A DNA stretch of 29,149 bases, from the NCBI GenBank assembly GCA_963712115.1, contig CAVQGX010000066.1, forward strand, positions 1 through 29,149, written 5' to 3'. This document shows positions 1-9,520 of this stretch, piece after piece (position 1 is the stretch's first letter; the number at the start of each line of letters is the position of its first letter). The DNA is from an uncultured delta proteobacterium (GTDB lineage: Bacteria > Desulfobacterota > Syntrophobacteria > BM002). The notes under the pieces were generated by a model. The model had not been told where the DNA came from. It was given only the letters and a program-made list of their open reading frames with translations, and searched no databases. Made by a program: the position numbers and the translations under genes.

Positions 1-64
1 AAGGGATGTAATCTTAAATTATTTCATTCCGAGAACTCGCATTTTTATCCACCCTTCCATGTTG

Positions 65-310
65 CCCATCCTATCTAAACTTCTTCTGACAAATGGCACT
101 TTTATTCCAGTTTATGTAACTGATTTACTTACAACTTCTAATCTGGTTTCCATCAGCAAATGAGCTAACCATTTGAAAATCGATAGAAAGTTAGCGCGAC
201 ACCTCACTGGCATGGATTTTGGTATGCTTAACCGCTAGGGCTTCTGGTCTAATGCCCCCAAACACCCCATTAGATTTCGGTGGAGACTAGTAGTGAGCTT
301 CGCCCAAGTC
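65..310 (+). repeat. Paralogous sigma54 promoter/leader cassette (copy 1; copy 2 at 27685-27940)
   Basis: Collinear shared blocks with 27685-27940: CCATCCTATC, TAAACTTCT, TGATT(T/G)ACTTACAACT, AGCTAA..ATTT.AA, CTGGCA, GCTAGG, ATGCCCC.AAAC, CCCCAT.AGATTTCGGT, TTCGCCCAAGT. Confidence 0.8.
208..223 (+). promoter_or_regulatory. Candidate sigma54 promoter (variant -12)
   Basis: TGGCATGGATTTTGGT = GG-N10-GG; AT-rich tract upstream; homologous to the site at 27838. Confidence 0.55.
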
Positions 311-372
311 CCATCTCCTCGACAGATAATTGCCAAAAGCCCTCACACTCCGTCATGGGAGGTTTACCTGCG

Positions 373-558
373 ATGACCCATACATGCCCTCGCTGCAATA
401 GAAAGTTCGTAGGGGATAAACCCCCGATGTTTATCGCTGGCGGTAAAGGAATTTATTTTTTCTGTAGCATTAGATGCCGAGACAAATGGGTATATCCCCG
501 TGATTCAAGATTGAATTTGGAGCAGAAGCCATCTGGCCTTCAGCGGGATTTTTCGTAA
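373..558 (+). CDS. Small TRASH/MYM(zf-FCS)-like zinc-binding protein
   Basis: GGAGG at 358-362 before ATG 373; CPRC-x~21-FCSIRCRDKW motif. Confidence 0.65.
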   Translation: MTHTCPRCNRKFVGDKPPMFIAGGKGIYFFCSIRCRDKWVYPRDSRLNLEQKPSGLQRDFS

Positions 559-587
559 TTCACAGTGGTTGTTTCGTAGGTGAAGTT

Positions 588-830
588 ATGCATCAACCCC
601 CGAGTGACAGATGTGTAGATTGTGTCTGGTGGTATGAAGGGCCTATATTGTGCGAGGGTTGCCCTAACAATCCAGAATCAGAGGCAATGAAAATGCCTTG
701 TTCTCAGTGTAAGAAGATTCTATCTGTAAGCGATTTTTGTGAGATACACTATGAAGAGGACGGCCTTCACTTGCTCTGTACCAAGGAGTGCAAAAACGAG
801 TGGGAGGGACTTCGGACCACGAATGAGTAG
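588..830 (+). CDS. Small Cys-rich protein (CxxC-x9-CxxC plus TRASH-like finger)
   Basis: CVDC..CEGC then CSQC...LCTKECKNEW. It may alternatively start at ATG 687 after GAGG. Confidence 0.6.
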   Translation: MHQPPSDRCVDCVWWYEGPILCEGCPNNPESEAMKMPCSQCKKILSVSDFCEIHYEEDGLHLLCTKECKNEWEGLRTTNE

Positions 831-1145
831 TTGGGCAACCACCAATAGCCCAAAACGAGATATTATTCATTTTCAAGGGCCATGCGGAGCTTCGGTTTCG
901 CTTTTTTATTGTGGTATCCACCTTGGCCGTGGAAATAGTAATTTTCGTATTCATCTATTAAGGATATTGGTGTATGTTTAAAACGAGTGTCCTCTTTTTG
1001 CCGAGGGCAGATGCCCCGAACAAAATCTCGTTGAAAAATGTGTTCAATTCCTCGGTTCGCAACCGCTGGAGAATATGAGAGGGTACGTGATGGTCGATGC
1101 TGCCTAAAAGACCTGATTGGCTTTGATGATTCTGGAGAAATCTAC

Positions 1146-1508
1146 GTGGATCAGCAGACCAGACGAAAAACCACCAGAGTTCCTGTGTTCTGCATTGTTC
1201 ATCTCCTGCAGACCGATCTCAATAAGGTTGGAGGCAAAATGTACAACTTAAGCATTGGAGGTTTCGGGCTTAAAACCAATTATCCTATTTCCATCGCAGA
1301 ACAGCTCACAGTGGCCTTCCAACTGCCGAAGACAATCGGCCTTGTATCTGGTCTGGGTCAAGTGGTCTGGCGTCAATTCCACGGTGATACACCTGGACAT
1401 GAGAAGACTTTGTTCACCGCAGGAATAGAGTTTTTGAGCCTCAGCAAACCCTCCAGAAAAGCTGTTCGCGATTGCGTCAGAATGTTAGCCTCTCCACCAA
1501 TCGAATAG
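1146..1508 (+). CDS. PilZ domain protein
   Basis: RRKTTR (RxxxR) and NLSIGG (D/NxSxxG) motifs, GQVVW, GIEF; GGAG before GTG 1146. Confidence 0.88.
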   Translation: MDQQTRRKTTRVPVFCIVHLLQTDLNKVGGKMYNLSIGGFGLKTNYPISIAEQLTVAFQLPKTIGLVSGLGQVVWRQFHGDTPGHEKTLFTAGIEFLSLSKPSRKAVRDCVRMLASPPIE

Positions 1509-1583
1509 CCTTCACCCTTCCCCCTGTCAGCAACCGCAATGATTACGGTAACTGAAGCGGTTCAATCGCTGACTGCCTGATTA

Positions 1584-2276
1584 CTATTTAATTAGCGTGA
1601 GGTTTTTGGGAGCAGCAGGTAGGGCGTCCACACCGCCGACAATGATAGTCACCGTTTCAGAAGCACTCAGCGGTGGTGTACCAGTGTCATTTACAGTGAA
1701 GAGAACGCCATAGTTTCCGGCATCTCCATTAGTGGGCGTCCACCAGAAAGTGCGGTTAGCAGAGTCAAAATTAGCGCCTGCCGGGAGATGGCTAACTGAA
1801 TAGCTCAAAGCGTCACCGTCAGGGTCAGTTGCCATTACAGTAAACTGAAGCAATTGGCCCTCAACAGTAGTCTTTTTACCTATGGGATTTAATACCGGTG
1901 AGTTGTTGACTGAGCTATAGGACACTTCATTAGAATAATCACTTTCATTTCCGTAGATATCATAAGCAGTAGCTGCAAAGTAGTAGGGCTCAGTGTCGAT
2001 AAGGTCTGTTATCGTGCAACTAGTCTGGTTGCCCACGTCTGTGGTAACATCGTAGTTACGGCTGGAATTGCCATAATATATTTTGTAGCCAGCAAGATCT
2101 GGGTGGGTAACCGGATCCCATATCAACGTTACTTGTGCTGGATAAGCATTCGAGGTGAGAATAAGTATGCATACAGCAGCCAGGATAAATACCAGAGCAG
2201 TGCGAGATAATAAGGAAAGATCTGATCGAAGACCCCGGTACCCAATAAAGCTCGGCGAAGTTTTCAATGGTGACAC
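1584..2276 (-). CDS. Secreted fibronectin type III plus putative Ig/cadherin-like domain protein
   Basis: Signal peptide ending AYP-A; VTLIWD..DLAGYKIYYG..YYFAATAYD..GNESDYSNEV (FN3); NNSPVL..ATDPDGDALSY..LPAGA..WTP (Ig/cadherin-like). GGAGG precedes GTG 2276. Confidence 0.85.
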   Translation of the reverse strand: MSPLKTSPSFIGYRGLRSDLSLLSRTALVFILAAVCILILTSNAYPAQVTLIWDPVTHPDLAGYKIYYGNSSRNYDVTTDVGNQTSCTITDLIDTEPYYFAATAYDIYGNESDYSNEVSYSSVNNSPVLNPIGKKTTVEGQLLQFTVMATDPDGDALSYSVSHLPAGANFDSANRTFWWTPTNGDAGNYGVLFTVNDTGTPPLSASETVTIIVGGVDALPAAPKNLTLIK

Positions 2277-2336
2277 AGCGCACCTCCCTCCCCGCAGCTT
2301 AAGGCCTACAGGCATTGAGAAACTGACTTTTACATA

Positions 2337-2352
2337 GGCAAGACTGGTGCCG
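2337..2352 (-). promoter_or_regulatory. sigma54 promoter for the FN3 gene
   Basis: Minus strand CGGCACCAGTCTTGCC = GG-N10-GC, about 60 bp upstream of the start. Confidence 0.7.
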
Positions 2353-2643
2353 GGAAGAAGGAACGAATCTTTTTTTTATGTAAAGAATTAAAATGTCTTG
2401 TTTGGCTGATAAGTTACAATGCACTCATAGGAAGACTCCTGCTCTAGTGGAGATACCTGCAGTGGCAAAAACCGTGCAATTTGTAATACATCAGGCAAGA
2501 AATCGGTATGCCAGCGGATAACCGTTTTGCGGCACTTGTTGACGAAATTTGGCAGCTCTATGCCCACTATCTATATCATAGTTGAGCAATCGATTTTGCT
2601 TAAATATTTATAATTAATAATAAATAACTCTTATTATTCAATC

Positions 2644-2659
2644 TGGCACGATCTTTTCA
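2644..2659 (+). promoter_or_regulatory. Candidate sigma54 promoter (variant -12)
   Basis: TGGCACGATCTTTTCA with an AT-rich tract at 2596-2640; divergent from the 2337-2352 promoter. Confidence 0.55.
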
Positions 2660-2668
2660 TTGTGTGGA

Positions 2669-2728
2669 TTTACACTGCGTCACCTTAAGCCCCATCGGCT
2701 TTTTCAGGTCGAGTCGATGGGGCATTTC
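2669..2728 (+). ncRNA. Candidate sigma54-driven small RNA (CCCCATC hairpin family)
   Basis: GCCCCATCGGCT..AGTCGATGGGGC hairpin at 2689-2723 right after the promoter; no ORF follows. Confidence 0.4.
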
Positions 2729-2827
2729 TATTCCAATCTTCCTTGCTGCTCATCCACCGCAGCAGATAGATGTTATTTCTTTGAAGTAAGTTGCTATTTA
2801 ACAAACTCTTGCGCGTTGTTGCAACCT

Positions 2828-3277
2828 TAGCCCGGATATTTCATGAATTCACGCCCTGGCGTGACTGCGACCACTTCACGATCTCAGATTTCAGATTTTA
2901 GATTTCAGACTGATGGGTGTCTGATGCAAACCGGTTATTTGAGTAAAACAAGAATACAACTTTAACTTCCACCGTCTGCCTTGTCTTACTCGGTCTTGCG
3001 CAATCTCAAATCCGCAATCTGCAATCCATAATCGTCCTTCCTGGCGTCCTCTGGTGTTCCTTCGACAGGCTCCCCGCGACGACGCTCGGGACGGGCAGGA
3101 CAAGCTCACCCTGCGACGCGCCGTTCGGGAACCAACACCCTGCCGTTGCCAGGTGGCCCGTCCATCCTCTTCGCGCTCGCTTCGCTCGGCTAAAGCCCTT
3201 ACCGCAAGCGGTATCTGCGACAAGCGGGTTCCCAATTACGCGGTCTCGCGACAGCAATTCATGAAATATCCGGGCTA
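2828..3277. mobile_element. MITE family B, long composite copy
   Basis: Perfect 22-bp terminal inverted repeats TAGCCCGGATATTTCATGAATT (terminal TA may be the target duplication); no transposase inside. Confidence 0.85.
2885..3027. repeat. Inverted pair of heptamer tandem tracts
   Basis: (CAGATTT)n at 2885-2910 and (GCAATCY)n at 3000-3027, inside MITE B. Confidence 0.65.
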
Positions 3278-3407
3278 GGTCACCAGTTGGCCGGTACGTT
3301 TGGTTGTTGGGGTCTTGCATTTGTGGTAAGCTGGGAAGTCGTCACGGCATCGACCTGGTAGAGGAGAAATCCTCCGAGAAATAGTCTTTTAACTGCGAGT
3401 TGCTTCT

Positions 3408-4007
3408 ATGGAAAAAGAAAGAAGGCGACATTTGAGAGCCAGACTCGATTGGCCTGTCAGTATTCATATCGGAGAAGAGTCCTTGGAACGGGTAACATTC
3501 GACATCGGCCCGGATGGTGCGTTTGTCCGCGGCTTGTCCCTCATAGAGCTGTATGAAGTCTTTGATATGACCGTTATTGGACCTGTCCGTCCAATGACGA
3601 CCAAAGCAAGGGTGGTCTGGTCGAGAAATGAAGTGGTTCCAGGACTGGAACAGGATATGCCGCGTGGCATGGGTGTCGAGTTCATCAAGATCTCTGATGA
3701 AGACCGGAAATTCGTTTCCTCTTTCATTTCAGGTCTTGATTTTGCCGTGTACTTGGAATCCGAGGCTGCACATGAAGTTGAGGACGGGTTGATAGAGGAA
3801 CATCTGATAGAGAAGCAGAAGGAAGAAGACAAGATTAACCCTGCTCAAAAATCACCCAAAAAATGCCCCCGAGGCCACAAACATGTGTCCTGGTCTGCCG
3901 ATGAAGACTATCTTTTCTGTTGGGACTGCAATGCATGGTATGGTCTCGCTGAGTGTGTTAATCCGAAGAATGGTGATTCCTCAAGTGGTACTGATTCAGA
4001 GGGCTAA
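3408..4007 (+). CDS. PilZ domain protein with acidic linker and C-terminal Cys/His zinc-ribbon-like domain
   Basis: ERRRHLR, DIGPDG, ARVVW, GMGVEF; C-terminal CPRGH-x13-CWDC. Confidence 0.88.
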   Translation: MEKERRRHLRARLDWPVSIHIGEESLERVTFDIGPDGAFVRGLSLIELYEVFDMTVIGPVRPMTTKARVVWSRNEVVPGLEQDMPRGMGVEFIKISDEDRKFVSSFISGLDFAVYLESEAAHEVEDGLIEEHLIEKQKEEDKINPAQKSPKKCPRGHKHVSWSADEDYLFCWDCNAWYGLAECVNPKNGDSSSGTDSEG

Positions 4008-4269
4008 TTTCTTTGGCTGACCAGATCAAACCAGTCAAAGTCTACAGGGTCAAGCGGTCCGATTGCAGGGCGGCTTGATGGTTAAACCAGAAGATAAAGT
4101 GTGTCATGGGTTTCGGCCCTCTTCCCATGAGCACGCCGATTTATATCAAATTGGTGGTTTTACATATTGAGTGAATCCCGCGCCGTGTGCTATGACAAGC
4201 AGCGGGCAGTGGCAGAAGTTACAAAAATATGCAGCAATTTGAATGGTCCTAATCATGAGGCGATTCCTA

Positions 4270-4878
4270 TTACCTCACCTTCAACTTTAATTTCTTAATT
4301 ATCAATTTCTGCTTTTTCTCAAGGTTTTGATAATCCTCACGTAGCTTATCTACCTGAGCTTTAATACTTGGCAACTCTTGTACAGATTCCGAAAACAAAG
4401 ATATTGAATCGGGAATAGAGCTAACCGCTTGTGACAGATTGTTCAGAGCAGCTAACTGTCTTTCCGAAACCTCCGAGAATCTGTCAACTACCGCTACTTG
4501 ATCTTTCGAATCCTTCCAGCTCAAGTAGCTAACCCCGACATAGGCTATCGTTATTAGGAATAAGGCCACTGTGAAAGCAGCAAGTATCCTCATAGGCCAA
4601 ATCAATTTCTTCTGCTGCTGAATCAAATTACTGGCGTAATAGGTGCTCTCACGCTGATATTCAGCCAGGTTTTTTGTGTACGAAAGGCTCTCTTGTTGTT
4701 GCGCTACAAGATGCTGATGGAGTTCGACGATTCTCTTCTGTCGCTCGATTGACTCCAAGGCAGATTTAATCTCGAATGCAGCTCGTGCTAGTTGATAGCC
4801 AGTTCTGCCGGGATGAGAAGAATGCAATATCAATTGATCCTGGATTTTTTCCCAATCATCTTCGTATCTAACTTGCAT
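4270..4878 (-). CDS. Hypothetical membrane protein with coiled coils
   Basis: 202-aa ORF with one hydrophobic segment (ILAAFTVALFLITIAYVGVSYL) flanked by Q/E/L-rich helices. Confidence 0.7.
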   Translation of the reverse strand: MQVRYEDDWEKIQDQLILHSSHPGRTGYQLARAAFEIKSALESIERQKRIVELHQHLVAQQQESLSYTKNLAEYQRESTYYASNLIQQQKKLIWPMRILAAFTVALFLITIAYVGVSYLSWKDSKDQVAVVDRFSEVSERQLAALNNLSQAVSSIPDSISLFSESVQELPSIKAQVDKLREDYQNLEKKQKLIIKKLKLKVR

Positions 4879-5274
4879 GAATCACCTCGCTCTCTATTCG
4901 TTGGGAATTCCTCAACGTCCTTGGTACTTTGGCCGGGGACCTTATCACCTCGCTTTCTCCGGTTGTCTTCTTTGTGCAACTTACCGTGGATTAATTTTCC
5001 GTTATATTTCCACAGCCATCTTTTCCGGTAGGAATCCACTCCTCATGGTTGGATTTCTCTCTTAAGGCTGATTAGACCCCCCCTTTGTCAAGCAGTAAAT
5101 CCATTTGGGATAGCAACTTCTGTTTCCACTTACACGGAGCTTCGGTGTTGATGAGAACTGGGAGGTTAAATCTTAGACTTATGTCAAAAGATGGTCCACC
5201 CTTGATCTACTCCAAGATTTTCTGCCGGGCCTTGTCACGCTGATAAATGATAAACTAGATAAGATGTAAAGTTT

Positions 5275-5466
5275 ATCCTAATGTTGCAGACCCATTCCGA
5301 GGAAAAACGCGCAAAAACGCGCCAGATGTGGCTGCGCACAGGCTCGGACAGGTCGAGGCGTACTTGACCGTACGTGAAGTCCTGTCCGAGGTGAGCACAG
5401 CCTCAGATGGCGTGCTATCGCGCGAGCGCAGCGGTCTTTGCCGGTTTGGGTTTGCAACATTAGGGT
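5275..5466. mobile_element. MITE family A copy 1
   Basis: TIR A(T/C)CCTAATGTTGCA...TGCAACATTAGGGT; internal CTCGGACAGG/CCTGTCCGAG hairpin; homologous to three other copies. Confidence 0.88.
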
Positions 5467-5590
5467 TTACTATGAGTTCGGTTAGAACTTCACGTTTTCT
5501 GTCAGAGGTTGATTTCCTTACTTTTTGTCCAGGTTTCAACATTAGTCATTATACGTTGCATTGCCAGGTGGCGGAGTAAGTTTTTTTCAC

Positions 5591-5621
5591 TTGACAAGGG
5601 CGAAAATATTCATGGTATAGT
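5591..5621 (+). promoter_or_regulatory. sigma70-type promoter upstream of dacA
   Basis: TTGACA...TGGTATAGT (extended -10; spacer long, 19 nt). Confidence 0.45.
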
Positions 5622-5788
5622 TACCACGCTGCTCTGTCCATGCTTTCATTCGCTGGGTTTTCCCCAGTGCCTACTGTAGTCCAGATTGTCTTCCCACTGT
5701 AAAGTCAAAAATATTGGGCTCAGATTTAGGGCGCTCTAGTGCGATCTGTTTTAGCCCCACAACTTGAGATAAGAACAAGGAGTTCTCA

Positions 5789-7069
5789 ATGCAGCGAAGA
5801 CTGAGAAAAAGAGCGTCGCACCTTATCTTTTGGCTCACTCTCACCATTTATATGGGCTCACCTAAAGTCATTTGGGCAAGAGATATTTTGCCACATCCTT
5901 TTGACGTAGATGTTCGCAGTGCAGTGCTTTTGGACGCCAAATCTGGCGAGTTTGTCTATGGGAAGAATCCTGAGGAGAGGATCAAACCTGCAAGCCTTGT
6001 AAAAATCCTCACACTCTTCCTGGTATTCGACGCAGTTGAGAATGGTCAGGTCAGTCTAGAGGACAACGTACTGGTCAGCAAAAAGGCTTGGCGGACTAGA
6101 GGTTCTAAAATGTTTATCGAAGTTGGCACTCAAGTGCCACTTGTTGAACTTGTTAAAGGTATTGCAGTGGTCTCAGGAAATGATGCGTGTGTAGCCGTTG
6201 GCGAGTTTCTCCAAGGCAGCGAGCAGGCTTTTGTAGAGAAGATGAATGAAAAACTGGACGATCTCGGGATGCGAGATACCAGAGTTCAGACTACAAATGG
6301 CTTGCCAGCTTCGGATCAATACACTACTGCTGCAGATATGGCCTTGTTGGCAAGGGCCTATGTTCGGACACATCCCGAGGCGCTTCAGTACCACAAATTA
6401 ACAAAGTTTACCAGTGAAGGTGTCAGCCAGCGCAATCGAAATGGACTTCTCTGGCTTGATCCCTCGGTGGACGGTCTCAAAACAGGATATATCTCTCGAG
6501 CAGGCTACCACCTCGTAGCCACTGCCCGCAGAGAAGATCAGCGTTTCATTGCTGTGGTTATGGGTGCAAAGAATCCAAAGGTTAGAGAGCGTGAGGCCTT
6601 GCGCCTACTAAACTATGGCTTCAGAAATTATGTCTCGGTGCCTCTCTTCGAAAAAGGCCAGGTGCTGCTGCAACTGCCAATCTGGAAAGGAACAGCCGAG
6701 AAGGTGGGATTGGTGGTCGCCAAAAGCGAGGTGATCACTGTTCCCATTCCCCTAAGAAATTTTGTTTCGCGGCAGTTTGAGGCTCCTGAACAGCTCTTAG
6801 CGCCGATTCGGAGAGGTCAACACCTCGGACAAGTATTGATTACTGCTAACGATAAGGTGCTTAAGTCGATAGCACTTGTCGCTGATCGGGAAGTGGTTCA
6901 GGGCGGCTTACTCAAAAGGACTGTGGATACTATAGCTCTCCAGTGCAAGGCTCATAATATGCGCCTAATATCTGTCATTATTCTTTCCGCTGTCGTACCT
7001 TCGTTTCTGTGGTGCAAGAGTCGGAGACGACAGAACCGCAGAAGACGAACCCGATATCTATCTGTCTAA
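5789..7069 (+). CDS. dacA: D-alanyl-D-alanine carboxypeptidase (peptidase S11, PBP5/6 type)
   Basis: SxxK (PASLVK), SGN and KTG motifs; PBP5 C-terminal domain; C-terminal TM with basic tail; AAGGAG RBS. Confidence 0.95.
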   Translation: MQRRLRKRASHLIFWLTLTIYMGSPKVIWARDILPHPFDVDVRSAVLLDAKSGEFVYGKNPEERIKPASLVKILTLFLVFDAVENGQVSLEDNVLVSKKAWRTRGSKMFIEVGTQVPLVELVKGIAVVSGNDACVAVGEFLQGSEQAFVEKMNEKLDDLGMRDTRVQTTNGLPASDQYTTAADMALLARAYVRTHPEALQYHKLTKFTSEGVSQRNRNGLLWLDPSVDGLKTGYISRAGYHLVATARREDQRFIAVVMGAKNPKVREREALRLLNYGFRNYVSVPLFEKGQVLLQLPIWKGTAEKVGLVVAKSEVITVPIPLRNFVSRQFEAPEQLLAPIRRGQHLGQVLITANDKVLKSIALVADREVVQGGLLKRTVDTIALQCKAHNMRLISVIILSAVVPSFLWCKSRRRQNRRRRTRYLSV

Positions 7070-7304
7070 AAGGGATTTGTCTTTCTCACTTTCCCGCTTA
7101 CGACAATCGGCTTTATACCAAACGGAGCAACACCGGTCGCTAGGATGTTCCAACCCCTCATGCTTCCCACCTGCCTGCCCATATGTGATTTTACCTTTTG
7201 TGCATAAGGATTGGCATATATTTTCCATATTCTTTGAGTAGATTTCTTAAAGTAATGTTGGTTAAGCAACTAAAATGTAAAGAAAAATTCTCTTCTATTT
7301 AAGT

Positions 7305-7320
7305 TGGCGCAATTCTTTCA
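7305..7320 (+). promoter_or_regulatory. Candidate sigma54 promoter (variant -12)
   Basis: TGGCGCAATTCTTTCA, same -12 variant and downstream GTGTGG as 2644; 14-bp motif 93 bp upstream. Confidence 0.4.
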
Positions 7321-7363
7321 AAGTGTGGTATAGTTCTATTACCACTTTTCCGAGGGAACAACA

Positions 7364-7537
7364 ATTGAGTCACCCAAGTCGAGAGCTGGAGATTTCTTTG
7401 TAGTAGCCGTCCTGATGATACTCGCAACACTGCTGATTGCGAACCTTATTTCCAACGCATCCTGCTTATCTGTTAGCATAGCGTGCGGTGCAATTTATCC
7501 ACCTCCTGGATGCTGCACCACCCAATTCGGCAGGTGA
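7364..7537 (+). CDS. Possible small membrane protein (ATT start or decayed ATG)
   Basis: GAGGG then ATT; ESPKSRAGDFFVVAVLMILATLLIANLI... hydrophobic; followed by a hairpin and T-tract at ~7520-7556. Confidence 0.3.
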   Translation: MESPKSRAGDFFVVAVLMILATLLIANLISNASCLSVSIACGAIYPPPGCCTTQFGR

Positions 7538-7616
7538 GCAGAATGGGGGGCTTTTGTAGATTCGCCTGGCATTGAATGCAGCAGATGGAATTATCATTCG
7601 GGCAGGAGATAAAACT

Positions 7617-7880
7617 ATGAAAATCTTTTTAGTTCTTCTGCTATTTCTTTTTCTCGGATGCACATCATCTCCACCTCCCACGTGGAACCATCCTGACAAG
7701 ACAGACAAGGAGTTTAGAGAAGATGTGGAAGAATGCCGTTTTTTGTCGACCAAATCCGATGGCACGGGGATGGGAGGCTCAAAAGTCACGGATCAATCAA
7801 GGCTTTTTGAGCAGTGCATGAAAATGCGGGGTTACCATCTGGGGCAGAAGGAGGCAAAGGAATCTGAACCAAAGAGATAG
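7617..7880 (+). CDS. Small lipoprotein
   Basis: AGGAG RBS; MKIFLVLLLFLFLG-C lipobox; F..D.EEC...FEQCMKMRGY paired-Cys pattern. Confidence 0.8.
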   Translation: MKIFLVLLLFLFLGCTSSPPPTWNHPDKTDKEFREDVEECRFLSTKSDGTGMGGSKVTDQSRLFEQCMKMRGYHLGQKEAKESEPKR

Positions 7881-8014
7881 AAGACACGCCTAAACTCTCC
7901 TTGTCTGCCTCATTGCATTTCTCTTCCATCCCTCACCTCCATTGTGTCAGGTGCCCAGCAGTAGGCTCGGAGCGAAGGCCCAACTTTCACCAGATCCCTG
8001 CTTAGCCCAGGCCG

Positions 8015-8617
8015 CTATGGTGCTTGCCAGATGACATTGCCTTTTTCGTTGAATAAGACCAATGATGAAAGAGGCCGCTTGTCGATTACTCCGGTTTGAG
8101 TATGTTTCAGATCAGCGAATCCAAGAACGACACGATTATTACCTTTGGCGTTTTTCAATGCCAGATGTGGTCTCCCTTCTATGTCTAATGCCAAGATAGC
8201 TCTTTCAACTCCTTTCTTGTCCATCAAGAGTATAGCGGGCCATTCGTCCTCTGTACTCATTAGCCTCGTTAAGCCAATCTGTAACCGGAGACCGCTTTTA
8301 TCTCGCATAGTAAGAGCTGGCGTTCCCTGACCGACTGAAAAACCAGCCCTATAACGGCCGTTCTCATCGTAGTAATGAAGTCCGGGTTCACCATTTTGAT
8401 CTACCGCCAACTTGATACGGGGTTTGCGGTCCAAACCTAATAGAATTATCTCCCTTGCCATAATAACTCTAAGTTCAGGAGATATTTCTGCGATCTTCTT
8501 GGTTGCTTCCCTGGCAAACACAAGTTGATTACTGAAGAACCAACTTGATACCATCCCACCTGCTAGGCCAGCCGCCAAGGCCAGCAATGCCAGCGAAATG
8601 TATTGTTTCCTGCTCAT
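8015..8617 (-). CDS. Hypothetical exported protein with repeated L.L.D..G..R beta motifs
   Basis: GAGGAGG RBS; N-terminal hydrophobic anchor; repeats DENGRYR, DKSG-LR, DKKGVER, NAKGNNR, NEKGNV. Confidence 0.8.
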   Translation of the reverse strand: MSRKQYISLALLALAAGLAGGMVSSWFFSNQLVFAREATKKIAEISPELRVIMAREIILLGLDRKPRIKLAVDQNGEPGLHYYDENGRYRAGFSVGQGTPALTMRDKSGLRLQIGLTRLMSTEDEWPAILLMDKKGVERAILALDIEGRPHLALKNAKGNNRVVLGFADLKHTQTGVIDKRPLSSLVLFNEKGNVIWQAP

Positions 8618-9296
8618 CTCTTCCTCCTCATTTGTACCGCCGAAGTGTTTGATTCAACTCCTCCGTGCCAACTCTGTCGCAAAAAACGACTACGCTATTG
8701 ATCTTTGAAAATAAAGGTGCGCTCTACGAGCAGTATCTAGTGCAGGTTAAGAGAACTACTTACAGCTTACAAAAAGGCTGGATTGCTTGCAATAATAATC
8801 GCTGCCTACGTGCGCTTAGCCGAGCAAAATGGTGGTTTTCCCGGTTGACAGGGACAACCTCACCCACGATATAAGACATGGGCGTGGTAATGAGGTCATT
8901 GCTTGCTTCAAGTTTTTTGCCCCAAACACGAGCTCCCATTGGCCCTGACTGGACTGGTCGATGGGGGTATATTTTGTTGACTGCCCACAGCACTCTGTGC
9001 CACATTCAATCCCACCCGATTGTAAATTAAGGGATGTGAAGTTTCGAAGTCGATCGCTAGTATGCCATATAACTCGATCAAACGAAGTGACTCTCTCTTT
9101 CTGACCCGGGTTAGCCGAGGCGCAATGGTATTTTTTCTATTGACACATTGAGCACCAGTTGTGATAGAGTGAAATTGCTGCGCTGTAAGGCTTTTGGACC
9201 CTACTTCCAGATGCCCCATCCATCTCTCGTTTTTTGCCCACCTGATTCCCAGACTTATATGCCATTTTGAACAGGAAAGTTCTATTACTTGTCTTT

Positions 9297-9484
9297 ACCC
9301 TAATGTTGCATACCTACACCGGTAAAAACCTCTGCGCTCGCGCGATAGTCCCGCCTATAATTGTGCGCCTCGGACAGGACTTCACGTACGGTCAAGTACG
9401 CCTCGATCTGTCCGAGCCTGTGCGCAGCCACATCTGGCGCGCTCTTGCGCGTTTTTCCTCGGAATGGGTCTGCAACATTAGGGT
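9297..9484. mobile_element. MITE family A copy 2 (inverted relative to copy 1)
   Basis: Perfect 14-bp TIR ACCCTAATGTTGCA. Confidence 0.9.
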
Positions 9485-9520
9485 TAAGTTTCCGATTATG
9501 TTCAGGGTGGAGTGTAAGTC

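Noticed and set aside
2891-3320. Overlapping ORFs here and at 11683-11964
   Set aside because: They lie within MITE family B copies.
5273-5579. Similar-looking ORFs here and at 9267, 17418, 17543, 25180 and 25341
   Set aside because: They are translations of MITE family A in various frames; no transposase motifs or consistent starts.
6173-6394. Antisense or alternate-frame ORFs inside dacA, the SH3 gene, the DGC, the cyclase and PilZ genes
   Set aside because: Shadow ORFs of well-supported genes.
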